Positions 31,066 to 41,649 are shown, counted from the stretch's first letter. The stretch: DNA of 64,000 nt from Gammaproteobacteria bacterium (GCA_013151035.1 JAADJB010000009.1:338-64337); one strand, 5' to 3'. Numbers and translations: made by a program. The notes: a model not told the origin generated them from the letters alone.

Positions 31066-33348
31066 TCATTCCACGATGTGATTGACCATAAAGCGGGGAT
31101 ATAACAATAAATCTTCAGGTGGCAGACAAAGCTGATCATTACACGCCTGCAATCGTAATCTGATAGATGGATTCACACTTGTTGATCCTTTCTTCAACAG
31201 GGATCGAATACTAACATACCCCTGATAAAGAGCCAAAGCCTGTTGGCTAAAACCCAGTTTTACCACCTCATGCTCAGGATACTGGATATCAGACAGTGTC
31301 CATTCTGACGGTTCTTGCAAACGAATAGCAGTAGGAATCAGTTGAGTATCAAAAGGGGTATGAGAATTAATATGCCACTTATCATCAAATTTCATCTCAA
31401 TATTCAGGGTATATTGTTTATCATTCACAGCACGGATAAAAGCGTCAATACGAACATGCCCCCGTGCCGCATAAACCGGCAGTGTAACAACCCCTTCTTG
31501 TTCCTCACGGGAAGCCACTAAAAGACTGGAAAAAGCACTTGGCGTTTCTTTGGTTTCGGGGAAAAATAGTGCTAATACTGCATTAACTTTATCATAATAG
31601 GCATCATCACCTGTGCGACGAGCAAGCCGTATAAACATGCGCGCTGCAACAGCATTGCCTGAAGGCAGTGTTTTATCAAAGCCTGTTTTGGGTCGTATCG
31701 GTAAAGGAGTATCCTGATCAACAGGAATATCATAGAAACCACCCTGCTGATTATCCCAAAATAATTGCTGCATCATTCCAGCCAGGATTTTTGCCTTATC
31801 CAGCCAGGCCCTATCCTGATCAATATCATAAAGAGCAATTAATGCCTGTAGGTAATAGGCATAATCCTCTAATTGTGCATCCTGCGAATTTTTCCCCTGG
31901 AAATTGATACGATAAAAGTGATCATCACCCTGCATGTTTTCCCATATAAATCGAGCCGCACCCCTGGCATAAGTCAGGTAATCTGACTCACTAAACCGCA
32001 TAGCACCCTCAACCAAAGCTGTAATAGCAAGGCCATTCCAAGCCATTATTATTTTTTTATCCAGCGCAGGTTTAATACGTTTATTACGCGCCTGCTTCAA
32101 CTGAAAGCGAATCTTATTTAATTTACCTAACACACTGGAAAGTAATATATTATTCTCATCAGAATATTCTTCCGGTGTCAGATAAAAATAGAGAACATTA
32201 TCCCCGTTATCCATCTCACCATATTCATCTACATCAAAAATACTGGCTGACAACCGGCTATCATCATTATTCAACAGTGCTTGCCATTCATCCCGTGTCC
32301 ATAAATAATAATGTCCCTCACCACCCTCACTATCCGCATCCAGAGAAGCATAAAACCCACCCTGTGGAGAGCGCATTTCTTTTAATACAAAATCAAGCGT
32401 TTGTTGTGCAACCATTCGGTATAATGGATCAGGATAAATATCATTAGCACGCAAATATAAAGGCACTAACAAGGCCTGGTTATACAACATCTTTTCAAAA
32501 TGAGGTGTTCTCCAGTGAGGATCTGTTGTATAACGATGAAAACCACCACCCAATTGATCATAAATACCGCCATAGGCCATTCGGGTTAATGTAGTACGTA
32601 ATGACATTAACGAGAGGTTATCCTCTGCCTTGCCATAACTATCATCCAGCAAAAGATACAACCATGGTTCACGAGGAAACTTACTCCCCTCACCAAATCC
32701 ACCATTATCACGATCAACAATCGATAATAGAGACTTAATTGCCCTGTTCCTGAGAACCTTATCAAACATTAAGGCTTGCCCCCCTGTTTTTTTTCTACTA
32801 TACAATTGATCAACCAATTGACTAGCCTGATTAACCGCTTGTTCTCTTTGATTAGTCCAATAATCTGACATCTCGGATAAAAGTGCTCGGAATGCCTTGG
32901 CAGGATAATAAGTGCCACCATAAAAAGGCTTTTTATCCGGCGTAAGAAACACCGACATAGGCCAGCCCTGATGTCCTTGAAAGGCCATCACAGCATTACC
33001 ATAAAACTCATCAATATCAGGGCGACGTTCCCTATCTACCTTGATGGCAATAAAATGTTTATTTAAAAACCGGGCAATATCTATATTCTCAAAACTCTCT
33101 TTCCTCATCACATGGCACCAATGACATGCCGCATAACCAATTGAAAGAAAAATCGGCTTGTTTTCCTGCCGTGCCCGATCAAAGGCTTCTTTACCCCAGG
33201 GATACCAATCCACCGGATTATTTGCATGTTGTAACAGATAAGGGGAGGACTCCAGGATAAGGCGATTGCCAAGGTTCGACTTATCGCTATAGGCAAGCGA
33301 AGAGAGCACCAACAGACAGACTGAAAAAATGAATACCGTGCATTTCAT
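31066..33348 (-). CDS. thioredoxin-domain protein of the DUF255 / YyaL (SSP411-like) family with signal peptide
   Basis: N-terminal thioredoxin-like region ([13 protein letters not shown]...[18 protein letters not shown]) followed by a six-hairpin glycosidase-like region. 760 aa. Confidence 0.8.
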   Translation of the reverse strand: MKCTVFIFSVCLLVLSSLAYSDKSNLGNRLILESSPYLLQHANNPVDWYPWGKEAFDRARQENKPIFLSIGYAACHWCHVMRKESFENIDIARFLNKHFIAIKVDRERRPDIDEFYGNAVMAFQGHQGWPMSVFLTPDKKPFYGGTYYPAKAFRALLSEMSDYWTNQREQAVNQASQLVDQLYSRKKTGGQALMFDKVLRNRAIKSLLSIVDRDNGGFGEGSKFPREPWLYLLLDDSYGKAEDNLSLMSLRTTLTRMAYGGIYDQLGGGFHRYTTDPHWRTPHFEKMLYNQALLVPLYLRANDIYPDPLYRMVAQQTLDFVLKEMRSPQGGFYASLDADSEGGEGHYYLWTRDEWQALLNNDDSRLSASIFDVDEYGEMDNGDNVLYFYLTPEEYSDENNILLSSVLGKLNKIRFQLKQARNKRIKPALDKKIIMAWNGLAITALVEGAMRFSESDYLTYARGAARFIWENMQGDDHFYRINFQGKNSQDAQLEDYAYYLQALIALYDIDQDRAWLDKAKILAGMMQQLFWDNQQGGFYDIPVDQDTPLPIRPKTGFDKTLPSGNAVAARMFIRLARRTGDDAYYDKVNAVLALFFPETKETPSAFSSLLVASREEQEGVVTLPVYAARGHVRIDAFIRAVNDKQYTLNIEMKFDDKWHINSHTPFDTQLIPTAIRLQEPSEWTLSDIQYPEHEVVKLGFSQQALALYQGYVSIRSLLKKGSTSVNPSIRLRLQACNDQLCLPPEDLLLYPRFMVNHIVE

Positions 33349-33463
33349 AGGAAAACCCCAAAGTAAAACCTTATACAGACCTGACCTGGATCAACGATTC
33401 TATTCGATCATAATGATAGGATCACTGCCATCTTAATTATGCTCTATATTACAAGCATAAAAA

Positions 33464-34453
33464 TTGCTTTTTGTCATAAAAACAAAGACGCATCAGAAAC
33501 TTAGAGAACCTAGAATGGCCTTATCCGATTATATTCACACCTTTGGTCAGGCCATGAAAAAACTGTATGGTGAACGCATCCATAAGCTGGCGATTGATGC
33601 TGAATTTACCTGCCCAAACAGGGATGGAACAAAAGGTGTTGGCGGCTGCACCTTTTGTAATAACAGCTCATTCAGTCCCAATGGTCGACAACCAAAATCA
33701 TTAGGACAACAGATTGAAGCCGGACGACAGGTTATTCTAAAACGTACCCGAGCCAGTAAATACATTGCCTACTTTCAAGCCTACACCAATACCTATGCTG
33801 ATATCAACCAGCTAAAAGAACTTTATGATCGGGCACTTTCCGAGCCGGATGTCATTGGTCTCGCCATTGGCACCCGCCCGGACTGCGTCCCCGAACCGGT
33901 AGTCAAATTACTGCAAGCATACCAACAACAAGGTTATGAAATCTGGCTGGAACTGGGGCTGCAATCATCCTCAAACGAGACCCTGGAGCGTGTCAATCGT
34001 GGACATACCTATGAGGACTATTGTGACGCAGTACAAATGGCTCGACAGCATGGTATAAAGGTATGCACACACCTGATTATCGGTTTTCCCGGAGAGACGG
34101 GGAAAGATGCCGAAGAAACCTTACTAAAGGTTCTGGATAAAGGCGTTGATGGTTTAAAGATTCATCCTCTGCATGTTGTAAAAGGCACTGTACTGGCTAA
34201 CGAATGGCGTGAAGGACAATACCAGCCACTTGATTTTGATGACTACATTCAGACAGTTGCCAACATAGTGGAGTTAACACCCAAAAAAATTATATTTCAC
34301 CGACTAACAGGTACAGCATCGGAAAATTTACTATTAGCACCACAGTGGTGCTCAAAAAAATGGCATGTACTTAATTCAATAGAGAGGGAACTAATCAATC
34401 GAGGCAGCTATCAAGGCGCTGCGCTGGAGAATGATTATGCCTTCAGCACGTAA
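33464..34453 (+). CDS. radical SAM protein, TIGR01212 (YhcC-like) family
   Basis: CxxxCxxC-type cluster CPNRDGTKGVGGCTFCN and general TIGR01212 architecture. It overlaps the ubiU start by 23 bp. The likely start is ATG 33515. Confidence 0.8.
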   Translation: MLFVIKTKTHQKLREPRMALSDYIHTFGQAMKKLYGERIHKLAIDAEFTCPNRDGTKGVGGCTFCNNSSFSPNGRQPKSLGQQIEAGRQVILKRTRASKYIAYFQAYTNTYADINQLKELYDRALSEPDVIGLAIGTRPDCVPEPVVKLLQAYQQQGYEIWLELGLQSSSNETLERVNRGHTYEDYCDAVQMARQHGIKVCTHLIIGFPGETGKDAEETLLKVLDKGVDGLKIHPLHVVKGTVLANEWREGQYQPLDFDDYIQTVANIVELTPKKIIFHRLTGTASENLLLAPQWCSKKWHVLNSIERELINRGSYQGAALENDYAFST

Positions 34454-35459
34454 AAAGATCGACCTGGTTTGCCCTGCCGGCAGTCTACCTGCACTAAAAA
34501 CAGCCGTTGATCATGGCGCTGATGCGGTATACATTGGATTTCGTAATGAAACCAATGCTCGCAATTTTCCCGGACTGAATTTTGATAATGAAGAAGTAAG
34601 ACAGGGTATTAAATATGCACATAATAAAGGCTGCAAGGTACTGCTCGCGCTAAATACCTATCCCCAGCCTGAACATTTTAACCGTTGGACTCAAGCAGTA
34701 AGACAGGCAGCGTTACTCGGTATCGATGCAGTAATACTGGCTGATCCTGGATTAATGCGCTATGCAACCCGTAATTTCCCCGGTTTACGGCTGCATTTAT
34801 CGGTACAAGGCTCTGCAACCACCCGCCACGCGATTGCCTTTTATCACGAACAATTTAATATCCAGCGCGTTGTTCTGCCACGGGTATTATCTCTAAAACA
34901 AATTAAAAACATTGTTGATTCCAGTCCAGTCGAGGTCGAAGTGTTTGGCTTTGGTAGCCTGTGTGTAATGGTTGAAGGACGGTGCGCGCTTTCATCTTAT
35001 GTTACTGGAGAATCACCCAACACCTGCGGAGTTTGTTCACCCGCAAAGGATGTCCGTTGGGAAGAGACCGCTCAAGGTCGTCAATCACGGCTCAATAATG
35101 TGCTCATTGATCGTTATGCAAAAGGTGAGGCAGCGGGATATCCTACCTTATGCAAAGGTCGCTTCAAGGTGGGTGAAAGCGAAAATATATTTTACGCCAT
35201 GGAAGAGCCAACCAGTCTGAATACACTGGAGATATTACCTGACCTTATAACAATGGGTGTTGCAGCCATCAAGATTGAAGGCCGTCAACGAAGTCCTGCC
35301 TATGTCAGGCAGGTCACCAGTGTCATGCGCGCTGCATTAGACTGTTGTCAGAATAATCTCAATAACTATAAAATCGATAAACGCTGGATATCAACACTGG
35401 ACAAGGTATCTGAAGGTCGTTCACATACCCTCGGTGCCTTCCATAGACCATGGCAATAA
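34431..35459 (+). CDS. ubiU: O2-independent ubiquinone biosynthesis protein UbiU (peptidase U32 family)
   Basis: Collinear strong similarity to E. coli UbiU/YhbU (LLCPAGNLPALKAA..GADAVYIG..NARNF.GLNF, the four Cys of the Fe-S site, EEPTSLNTLE). Confidence 0.85.
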   Translation: MIMPSARKKIDLVCPAGSLPALKTAVDHGADAVYIGFRNETNARNFPGLNFDNEEVRQGIKYAHNKGCKVLLALNTYPQPEHFNRWTQAVRQAALLGIDAVILADPGLMRYATRNFPGLRLHLSVQGSATTRHAIAFYHEQFNIQRVVLPRVLSLKQIKNIVDSSPVEVEVFGFGSLCVMVEGRCALSSYVTGESPNTCGVCSPAKDVRWEETAQGRQSRLNNVLIDRYAKGEAAGYPTLCKGRFKVGESENIFYAMEEPTSLNTLEILPDLITMGVAAIKIEGRQRSPAYVRQVTSVMRAALDCCQNNLNNYKIDKRWISTLDKVSEGRSHTLGAFHRPWQ

Positions 35460-35460
35460 C

Positions 35461-36348
35461 ATGAAATTATCACTCGGCCCCATCCAATATTACTGGCCAG
35501 AAGACAAGGTTCGCAGCTTTTACCAACAGGCTACAGACTGGCCTGTTGATATTATCTATCTAGGTGAAGTGGTCTGTTCCAAACGGCGTGAATTAAAACT
35601 CAATGACTGGCTTGATATTGCTTCTCAGTTACAACAGGCAGGTAAAGAAGTGGTGCTATCCACCCTGATCTTGCTTGAGGCCGATTCAGAACTAAAAAGA
35701 CTGGAACATATCTGTGCCCAAACAGACTTCAAAGTTGAAGCCAATGATATGTCAGCAGTGTATTTACTCAATAAACAGTCCAGCTTTATTGCTGGCCCTC
35801 ATATCAATAGCTACAACCCGGAGACCATTGATGTACTACATGAGTGTGGTGCCATACGTTGGGTGATGCCTTTTGAATTAAGTCAGCATACCTTACGCGA
35901 TCTCATTAAACAAAAGCCTGGTGGTATGGAAAGCGAAGTACTGGTTTATGGTCGCATACCCCTGGCATTTTCAGCCCGATGCTTCACTGCAAGAGCTCAC
36001 AATGTTGGTAAAGATCAGTGTGAACTGCGCTGCCTTGCTGATAACAAAGGTCTGCCTCTATTGACCCAGGAAGGTGACGAGTTATTTACTATTAACGGCA
36101 TACAATTACAATCAGGAGTACCCTGTAATCTGGTTAGCGAACTGGATAGTCTGGAGAAAACGGGCGTTGATATTTTACGCCTGTCACCTGAATTAAAGGG
36201 TATGGGGGAATTGATTGATATATTTCATCAAACATCAATAGGTGAAATATCATCACAACAGGCTGAAAGCAGAATACAAAAACGCAGTGATGACAATAAG
36301 TGGTGTAACGGATTCTGGCATGGCGAGCCCGGCATGAACTGGCAATAA
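35461..36348 (+). CDS. ubiV: O2-independent ubiquinone biosynthesis protein UbiV (peptidase U32 family)
   Basis: MKLSLGPIQYYWPED...IYLGEVVCSKRR matches the UbiV/YhbV N-terminus. The ATG at 35461 lies 2 nt after the ubiU stop. Confidence 0.85.
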   Translation: MKLSLGPIQYYWPEDKVRSFYQQATDWPVDIIYLGEVVCSKRRELKLNDWLDIASQLQQAGKEVVLSTLILLEADSELKRLEHICAQTDFKVEANDMSAVYLLNKQSSFIAGPHINSYNPETIDVLHECGAIRWVMPFELSQHTLRDLIKQKPGGMESEVLVYGRIPLAFSARCFTARAHNVGKDQCELRCLADNKGLPLLTQEGDELFTINGIQLQSGVPCNLVSELDSLEKTGVDILRLSPELKGMGELIDIFHQTSIGEISSQQAESRIQKRSDDNKWCNGFWHGEPGMNWQ

Positions 36349-36350
36349 TA

Positions 36351-36430
36351 AATCAAGGGGTCAGAGCTTTTGAAAGAATCATCGGTTCTTTGAATAAATG
36401 GAATATTTCAAAAGCTCTGACCCCTTGATT
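36351..36430. terminator. 25-bp perfect inverted repeat (AATCAAGGGGTCAGAGCTTTTGAAA / TTTCAAAAGCTCTGACCCCTTGATT) with a 30-nt spacer between convergent ubiV and ubiT
   Basis: Read directly. Arms are 36351-36375 and 36406-36430. The right arm overlaps the last codons of ubiT. Confidence 0.6.
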
Positions 36431-36926
36431 TACTGACAATACGATGCGCCCTACCACCAATATCAAGTTGTTTGAATAGCTCATCCAGCTTCTTCCCGAT
36501 AGCCTTACCAAGATACATCTTGAAATGAGCCTCGGTATCAAACTCCATTGCATCAAGCATATTTTTTAGATAGAGGCCATCTTCGGTATTACCTTCCAGA
36601 CTCAGCTGGCGTGCAAAAAACAGAGTATCAGGATCTTCACTACGTGTTGCCAACTGAATAAAATGCTCAAGGTCACCTTTGATGTGAATCTCGGGAGAGG
36701 CGTTCATCTTATCGGGATAAAAACGACCATTATCAATCTGAAAGCGCCAGCTATTACCCGTGTTATTTAAAGTCAACCATAAACGTTTACCATTCAGATA
36801 CTCCAGTCTTGAACAAAAACATTGACCCTTCATTAAATAATTAAATCCCTGACTCAAAACACGCGCGTGAACCCAATCAGGAATAGCACGTAGCGCAAAT
36901 TTAAGAGGCCAAATAGGTAAAGTCAT
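36408..36926 (-). CDS. ubiT: ubiquinone biosynthesis accessory factor UbiT (SCP2 lipid-binding domain)
   Basis: EDPDTLFFARQLSLEGNTEDGLYLKNMLDAME matches E. coli UbiT/YhbT. 172 aa. Confidence 0.8.
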   Translation of the reverse strand: MTLPIWPLKFALRAIPDWVHARVLSQGFNYLMKGQCFCSRLEYLNGKRLWLTLNNTGNSWRFQIDNGRFYPDKMNASPEIHIKGDLEHFIQLATRSEDPDTLFFARQLSLEGNTEDGLYLKNMLDAMEFDTEAHFKMYLGKAIGKKLDELFKQLDIGGRAHRIVSKSRGQSF

Positions 36927-37714
36927 GATGCTGACTTATCCGTTTCCAGGAAATCGAAGAAGCCCGGTTCCAGCGCAGCCGAAAGCATTAGTTTATCAAG
37001 GTTATCAATGCGTATTTTTCGCCCACTCGTTGTCAATACACCATTATCCTGAAAGCGACGAAAACCACGACTAACAGTCTCCACAGCGAGACCAAGATAT
37101 TCGGCAATATCACGACGTGTTATGGGCAAACGAAATTCAATATGGGGTAGACCACGCACATAAAGGCGTGATGAGATATAAATCAGAAAAGAAGCGAGCC
37201 GTTCTTCAGTTGACCTGGCACTAATAAAGGTCGAAAACCAACGCTCATGCATAATGCGATTACTCATGGCACTAACAAGCTGATGATAAAAACCCGTCTT
37301 GCGATCTTCCAACAAATGAACCTGACTATAATCCATCATACAGACACTGCTTTCCTCTAACGCAATGGCATAACTATTATAGGCACCGCGTTCAATAGCA
37401 TCGAGACCAACAAGATCTCCGGGGAAATATAGCCCCGTCATTCTGCCTGTTGCATGATCGTCACTACTAAAGGTAGCAATAAATCCGGACTTCACCACAT
37501 AAAGATAATTAAACTCATCATCCACATCAAAGAGGCGGGTTTCCTTAAGCACATGGCTGCATCGGGTGATTAGCCGATCAAATAACTTCATATCACTATT
37601 CAGACCAAGCTCATTACAGATACCGAATAAGCCACAGTTATCACAACGAACCCACTGTTTCGATAACTGGATTGGATTTAACACATTAGATTCAGTCTTA
37701 CCATTAGCACTCAT
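36923..37714 (-). CDS. fnr: FNR/ANR-type oxygen-sensing Crp-family transcription regulator
   Basis: N-terminal Cys cluster C-x2-C-x5-C (CDNCGLFGIC), a cNMP-binding fold, and a C-terminal HTH RRDIAEYLGLAVETVSRGF. It overlaps ubiT by 4 bp. Confidence 0.85.
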   Translation of the reverse strand: MSANGKTESNVLNPIQLSKQWVRCDNCGLFGICNELGLNSDMKLFDRLITRCSHVLKETRLFDVDDEFNYLYVVKSGFIATFSSDDHATGRMTGLYFPGDLVGLDAIERGAYNSYAIALEESSVCMMDYSQVHLLEDRKTGFYHQLVSAMSNRIMHERWFSTFISARSTEERLASFLIYISSRLYVRGLPHIEFRLPITRRDIAEYLGLAVETVSRGFRRFQDNGVLTTSGRKIRIDNLDKLMLSAALEPGFFDFLETDKSAS

Positions 37715-37774
37715 AAAGAACCGACCTATTTTATAATACAGATACCAGTATGCTGTAAATAGCTAGAGATGAAA

Positions 37775-37788
37775 TTGATTCATATCAA
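37775..37788. promoter_or_regulatory. perfect FNR box TTGAT-tcat-ATCAA about 60 bp upstream of fnr
   Basis: Sequence read directly. It matches the TTGAT-N4-ATCAA consensus exactly. Confidence 0.5.
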
Positions 37789-37845
37789 AAAAAACGCATG
37801 TAAATATAATTTAATGCGGATGCCACCCATGCATTCAAGAACGGG

Positions 37846-38259
37846 TTAATCTAGAATCTTCCCTCGTAATGACTTGATCTTACCGCGTTGAACCTTACTG
37901 TCCACTCGTCTTTTCTGCGCACCTTTTGTTGGTTTGGTCGGCCTGCGTTTTTTCTTTATCACCGTAACAGCTCCGAGCATTTCTTGTAAACGATCCAGCG
38001 CATCCTCCCTGTTTTTTTCCTGAGTGCGAAAGCGCTGCGCCTTAATAATGATAATGCCATCCTTGCTGATACGCCGGTCACGCAGATTTAACAGTCGCTG
38101 TTTATAAAAACCGGCTAATGAAGATGCATTAATATCAAAACGCAAGTGAATCGCTGAAGAGACCTTATTGACATTCTGACCACCCGCCCCCTGTGCACGG
38201 ATTGCCGTCAATTCAATCTCATCATCAGGGATAGATATGTTCGCGGTGATTTTTAACAT
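37846..38259 (-). CDS. arfB: alternative ribosome-rescue factor ArfB (peptidyl-tRNA hydrolase, GGQ)
   Basis: GGQ motif (AQGAGGQNVNKVSSA) and a basic C-terminal tail. 137 aa. Confidence 0.85.
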   Translation of the reverse strand: MLKITANISIPDDEIELTAIRAQGAGGQNVNKVSSAIHLRFDINASSLAGFYKQRLLNLRDRRISKDGIIIIKAQRFRTQEKNREDALDRLQEMLGAVTVIKKKRRPTKPTKGAQKRRVDSKVQRGKIKSLRGKILD

Positions 38260-38262
38260 TAT

Positions 38263-38829
38263 CTATTTTTTGCTAAATGTAAACTTCTGCCCACCGACCG
38301 AGGCCTCATACATCAAGCCACCCTTGGCAACAGTAAATACTGCGACACCATGATTATAGTCCACATCAGCCGAGGCACCTGCTGTCACAGCAACCGCTGA
38401 GATCTGCGCATTAAACTCAAACTCGCCGCGCATAAACTCATTAAGCGCGGCTTTAGTACCAAAGAAGATGATTTCACTGTAGGTCTGCCCGCCCAACTGA
38501 AAACCAATGGTCAGTTGTGTCAGACTAGTATCACCAATATAACTTCCCCGGCGATAAACTTTACCCTTACCATAGGCACCACCAATACCCATACCGGCTT
38601 TCGCTACCGTTGGAAAAACAGCATAGCCGTAGGCATCAGCAAAGAACCGTTTTAAATCGGCATCCTTTTTCTTGAAACTGGTAATAGTTTTATTGATTCC
38701 CTTATCATTGGTCGAATTATCTTTAGTCTTGTCATCAAATGGATTCCAGCCAGCATTAGTCGCCGATAGTGGAGCAATTAACAAACAAACTGATAACAGC
38801 ATTCTTAGTACGACAATATATTTTTTCAT
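38263..38829 (-). CDS. lipid-binding SYLF (Ysc84/DUF500) domain lipoprotein
   Basis: Signal peptide and Gly-rich SYLF-like motifs (GIGGAYGKG, GFQLGGQ). Confidence 0.7.
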   Translation of the reverse strand: MKKYIVVLRMLLSVCLLIAPLSATNAGWNPFDDKTKDNSTNDKGINKTITSFKKKDADLKRFFADAYGYAVFPTVAKAGMGIGGAYGKGKVYRRGSYIGDTSLTQLTIGFQLGGQTYSEIIFFGTKAALNEFMRGEFEFNAQISAVAVTAGASADVDYNHGVAVFTVAKGGLMYEASVGGQKFTFSKK

Positions 38830-38849
38830 GGTGAAACTCCGTCTACACT

Positions 38850-39152
38850 TTATGGGTAAATAACCACACCGACACGATCAACATGATCAATAAGTTGTGG
38901 GTTCCTTAAATCATGGTAGGCCTGCAAATCAACCAAATAAGGAATATCCGAATCATCCAGATCCATTAACACCTCTGCAATAACAGCACGATCAATTCCC
39001 TGACCAAAGGCGACTAAATCAATATCACTACGCGAGTTATACGTGCCCTTAGCACGAGATCCATAGAGTTTCACCTGCTCAATAGCAGGAAACCTCTTGA
39101 GTATATTTTCCAGAGTCATCCTATTTTGTCCTGTTAAACCCGTATCCTGCAT
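38850..39152 (-). CDS. nucleotidyltransferase-domain protein (MntA-type antitoxin of HepT/MntA pair)
   Basis: Pol-beta-type GS-x9-13-DxD motif (YGSRAKGTYNSRSDIDL). 100 aa. It abuts the HepT-like gene. Confidence 0.7.
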   Translation of the reverse strand: MQDTGLTGQNRMTLENILKRFPAIEQVKLYGSRAKGTYNSRSDIDLVAFGQGIDRAVIAEVLMDLDDSDIPYLVDLQAYHDLRNPQLIDHVDRVGVVIYP

Positions 39153-39571
39153 TACGCGTTAATTTCCGACAAAAGTTCCATATACCATTCATCCAGCATA
39201 GGCAAATAACTCGCAGCAATACTTTCTATCACCATCTCGAATTTTGCAAAATCATAGGTATGGCTCATTAGATTCCGGTCACCGATCATTTTTAACCATG
39301 TATCTGCATCCTTGATATACCTGGAGGCATAGGCCTGTCTTACTACTGTCTTTGGCGATATTTTATCCAGGTTAACACCATCATATTCCATTTTATCTTT
39401 TAAAACATTCCATGCCAGTTCGAAGGTATATTCAAAACGTTGAATAATGCCTTCCTTTTCCAACTGACTCATATTATCCAGATCGCCTTCCATTGCTTCT
39501 CGCAACAATAAAAAGGCACGCTTGAAATTATTAAATCGTTGTTGCCAACGAATATCTTGATCATTCATCAT
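39152..39571 (-). CDS. HI0074-family nucleotidyltransferase substrate-binding protein (HepT-like toxin)
   Basis: 139 aa helical protein with a HepT-like R-x4-HxY-type region (RNLMSHTY). It overlaps the partner gene by 1 bp. Confidence 0.7.
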   Translation of the reverse strand: MMNDQDIRWQQRFNNFKRAFLLLREAMEGDLDNMSQLEKEGIIQRFEYTFELAWNVLKDKMEYDGVNLDKISPKTVVRQAYASRYIKDADTWLKMIGDRNLMSHTYDFAKFEMVIESIAASYLPMLDEWYMELLSEINA

Positions 39572-39673
39572 GGTATCCTTGATAATAGTCCCTTGTTATA
39601 TGTAATTACACTACTGCCCCGTTAAGGATTTATTTAATTACTGTAATAATATGATATTAATAGAAAAAATATG

Positions 39674-39740
39674 CCTGGTAAGCTCGAGACAGGGATGTAT
39701 TCACGGCGTGTCTATGATCAATATAGGTGATTCATGCCTC
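39674..39740. repeat. copy B of the GGGATGTATTCACGGCGTGTCT repeat family
   Basis: CCTGGTAAGCTCGAGACAGG + GGATGTATTCACGGCGTGTCT. The first block recurs inverted at 58388-58407. Confidence 0.45.
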
Positions 39741-39774
39741 ACTCCTGAAAACAGCTCCAAACAAAACCTATATC

Positions 39775-40179
39775 TCAAACTGCTATATCAACCGCCACCA
39801 CACCATCATCCCGCAACTGCCAGGCACGCATCTCCAGCACACCTTCGATATCGAGTGAGATAATCAAATAACAGGTATCGGGATAGGCTGACTGCTGGAT
39901 ATCGGCTAATGAGGGTTCGGCAGAGGCATGGGGGTGGGAATGATAGATGGCAAACAGCTCATCACCCTGCTCTCGCATCTGGCGCATGGCATCAATCTGT
40001 TGCTGGGGTGCCATCTCAAAAATACGCCCCGGATCGGTGGCACTATTTTTTATCGGGTAACTGTGATTAGCCACACCATCACGCGCTGAAACCAGGCCAC
40101 AGATTTCTTGCTCAGGTGAGGACTGTGCATGGGTCAATAACTGGTTGACCAACACCCTGGAGAGTTTGATCACCGACAT
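39775..40179 (-). CDS. JAB/MPN (Mov34) domain metalloprotease-like protein
   Basis: JAMM motif E..HSHPHASAEPSLAD. 134 aa. Confidence 0.7.
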   Translation of the reverse strand: MSVIKLSRVLVNQLLTHAQSSPEQEICGLVSARDGVANHSYPIKNSATDPGRIFEMAPQQQIDAMRQMREQGDELFAIYHSHPHASAEPSLADIQQSAYPDTCYLIISLDIEGVLEMRAWQLRDDGVVAVDIAV

Positions 40180-41618
40180 CAGGCTTCGGCAATCAGTTTC
40201 TTCAGCATGGCATTCACTTCACCCGGATTAGCCTTACCCTGGGTCGCCTTCATTACCTGACCAACAAAGTAACCGAACAGCTTTTCCTGCCCACCCTTAT
40301 ACTGTTCCAGTTGACCGGGATTATTTGCCAATACTTCTTTGATAATCTTCTCGATAGCCGCTGGATCACTGATCTGTTTCAGACCCTTGTTTTCAATCAC
40401 CGCATCGGCATCACCTTCGCCATTCCACATGGCTTCGAATACCTGTTTGGCAATCTTGCCAGAGATGGTGCCATCCTCAATACGCTTGAGCAAACCACCA
40501 AAAGCTACAGCATCGACCGGGCTTTGTTCAATGCCCATCGTCGCTTTGTTCAAGGCGGCAGATAATTCACCTAATACCCAGTTAGCAGTCAGTTTACCTT
40601 TGCCTGCTGAGGCCTTTAATGCCGCCTCAAAATAATCAGCCATCGCCCTGGATGAGGTTAATCCCCCGGCATCATATTCACTCAGTTCATATTCCTGAAT
40701 AAAACGCTGACGCTTGGCATCGGGCAACTCAGGCAAAGAGGCCTTGATTTCATCAAGAAAGGCCTGATCCAGTTCTACTGGCAACAGGTCAGGATCAGGG
40801 AAATAACGATAGTCATTCGCCTCTTCCTTGCTACGCATGGAACGGGTCTCATCCTTATCCGCATCATATAGACGCGTCTCTTGTGCCACCTTGCCACCAC
40901 CCTCAATCACATCAATCTGGCGTTCCACCTCATGATTAATCGCCTTCTCGACAAAACGGAAGGAGTTCAGGTTTTTAACCTCGGCACGGGTACCGTATTC
41001 ACCCTGCCCCTTTGGACGCACCGAGACATTAGCATCACAGCGAAAAGAACCTTCCTGCATATTACCATCACAGATGCCAAGATATTGCACCAGGGCATGA
41101 ATCTTCTTCATATAGGCAACGGCCTCAGCGGCTGAACGCATATCTGGTTCGGAGACAATCTCCAATAACGGGGTACCGGCACGATTAAGATCAATCCCAG
41201 TGGAGCCATGAAAATCCTCATGCAGAGACTTGCCCGCATCCTCTTCCAGATGAGCGCGCGTGACCCCTACGGTCTTGCTATTACCCTCACCCCACTCAAT
41301 ATAAAGCTCACCCTTACCCACGATAGGCAGATCCATTTGACTAATCTGATAGCCTTTGGGCAGATCAGGGTAAAAATAATTCTTACGGGCAAACACCGAA
41401 CGCATCAACACCTCGGCACCAATCGCTAAACCAAAGCTAGCACCCATACGTACTGCCTCGGCATTAACGACCGGCAACACACCGGGGAAACCTAGATCCA
41501 CGGCACAGGCCTGGGTATTGGGTTCGGCACCATAGGCAGTCGATGCACCGGAAAATATCTTACTCTTGGTTGCGAGCTGGGCATGGATCTCCAGACCGAT
41601 TACGACTTCCCATTCCAT
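40179..41618 (-). CDS. gatB: Asp-tRNA(Asn)/Glu-tRNA(Gln) amidotransferase subunit B
   Basis: [16 protein letters not shown]-terminus. 479 aa. Confidence 0.95.
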   Translation of the reverse strand: MEWEVVIGLEIHAQLATKSKIFSGASTAYGAEPNTQACAVDLGFPGVLPVVNAEAVRMGASFGLAIGAEVLMRSVFARKNYFYPDLPKGYQISQMDLPIVGKGELYIEWGEGNSKTVGVTRAHLEEDAGKSLHEDFHGSTGIDLNRAGTPLLEIVSEPDMRSAAEAVAYMKKIHALVQYLGICDGNMQEGSFRCDANVSVRPKGQGEYGTRAEVKNLNSFRFVEKAINHEVERQIDVIEGGGKVAQETRLYDADKDETRSMRSKEEANDYRYFPDPDLLPVELDQAFLDEIKASLPELPDAKRQRFIQEYELSEYDAGGLTSSRAMADYFEAALKASAGKGKLTANWVLGELSAALNKATMGIEQSPVDAVAFGGLLKRIEDGTISGKIAKQVFEAMWNGEGDADAVIENKGLKQISDPAAIEKIIKEVLANNPGQLEQYKGGQEKLFGYFVGQVMKATQGKANPGEVNAMLKKLIAEA

Positions 41619-41649
41619 CTTTTAATAACCTCTTAATTGCAAATTGTTG

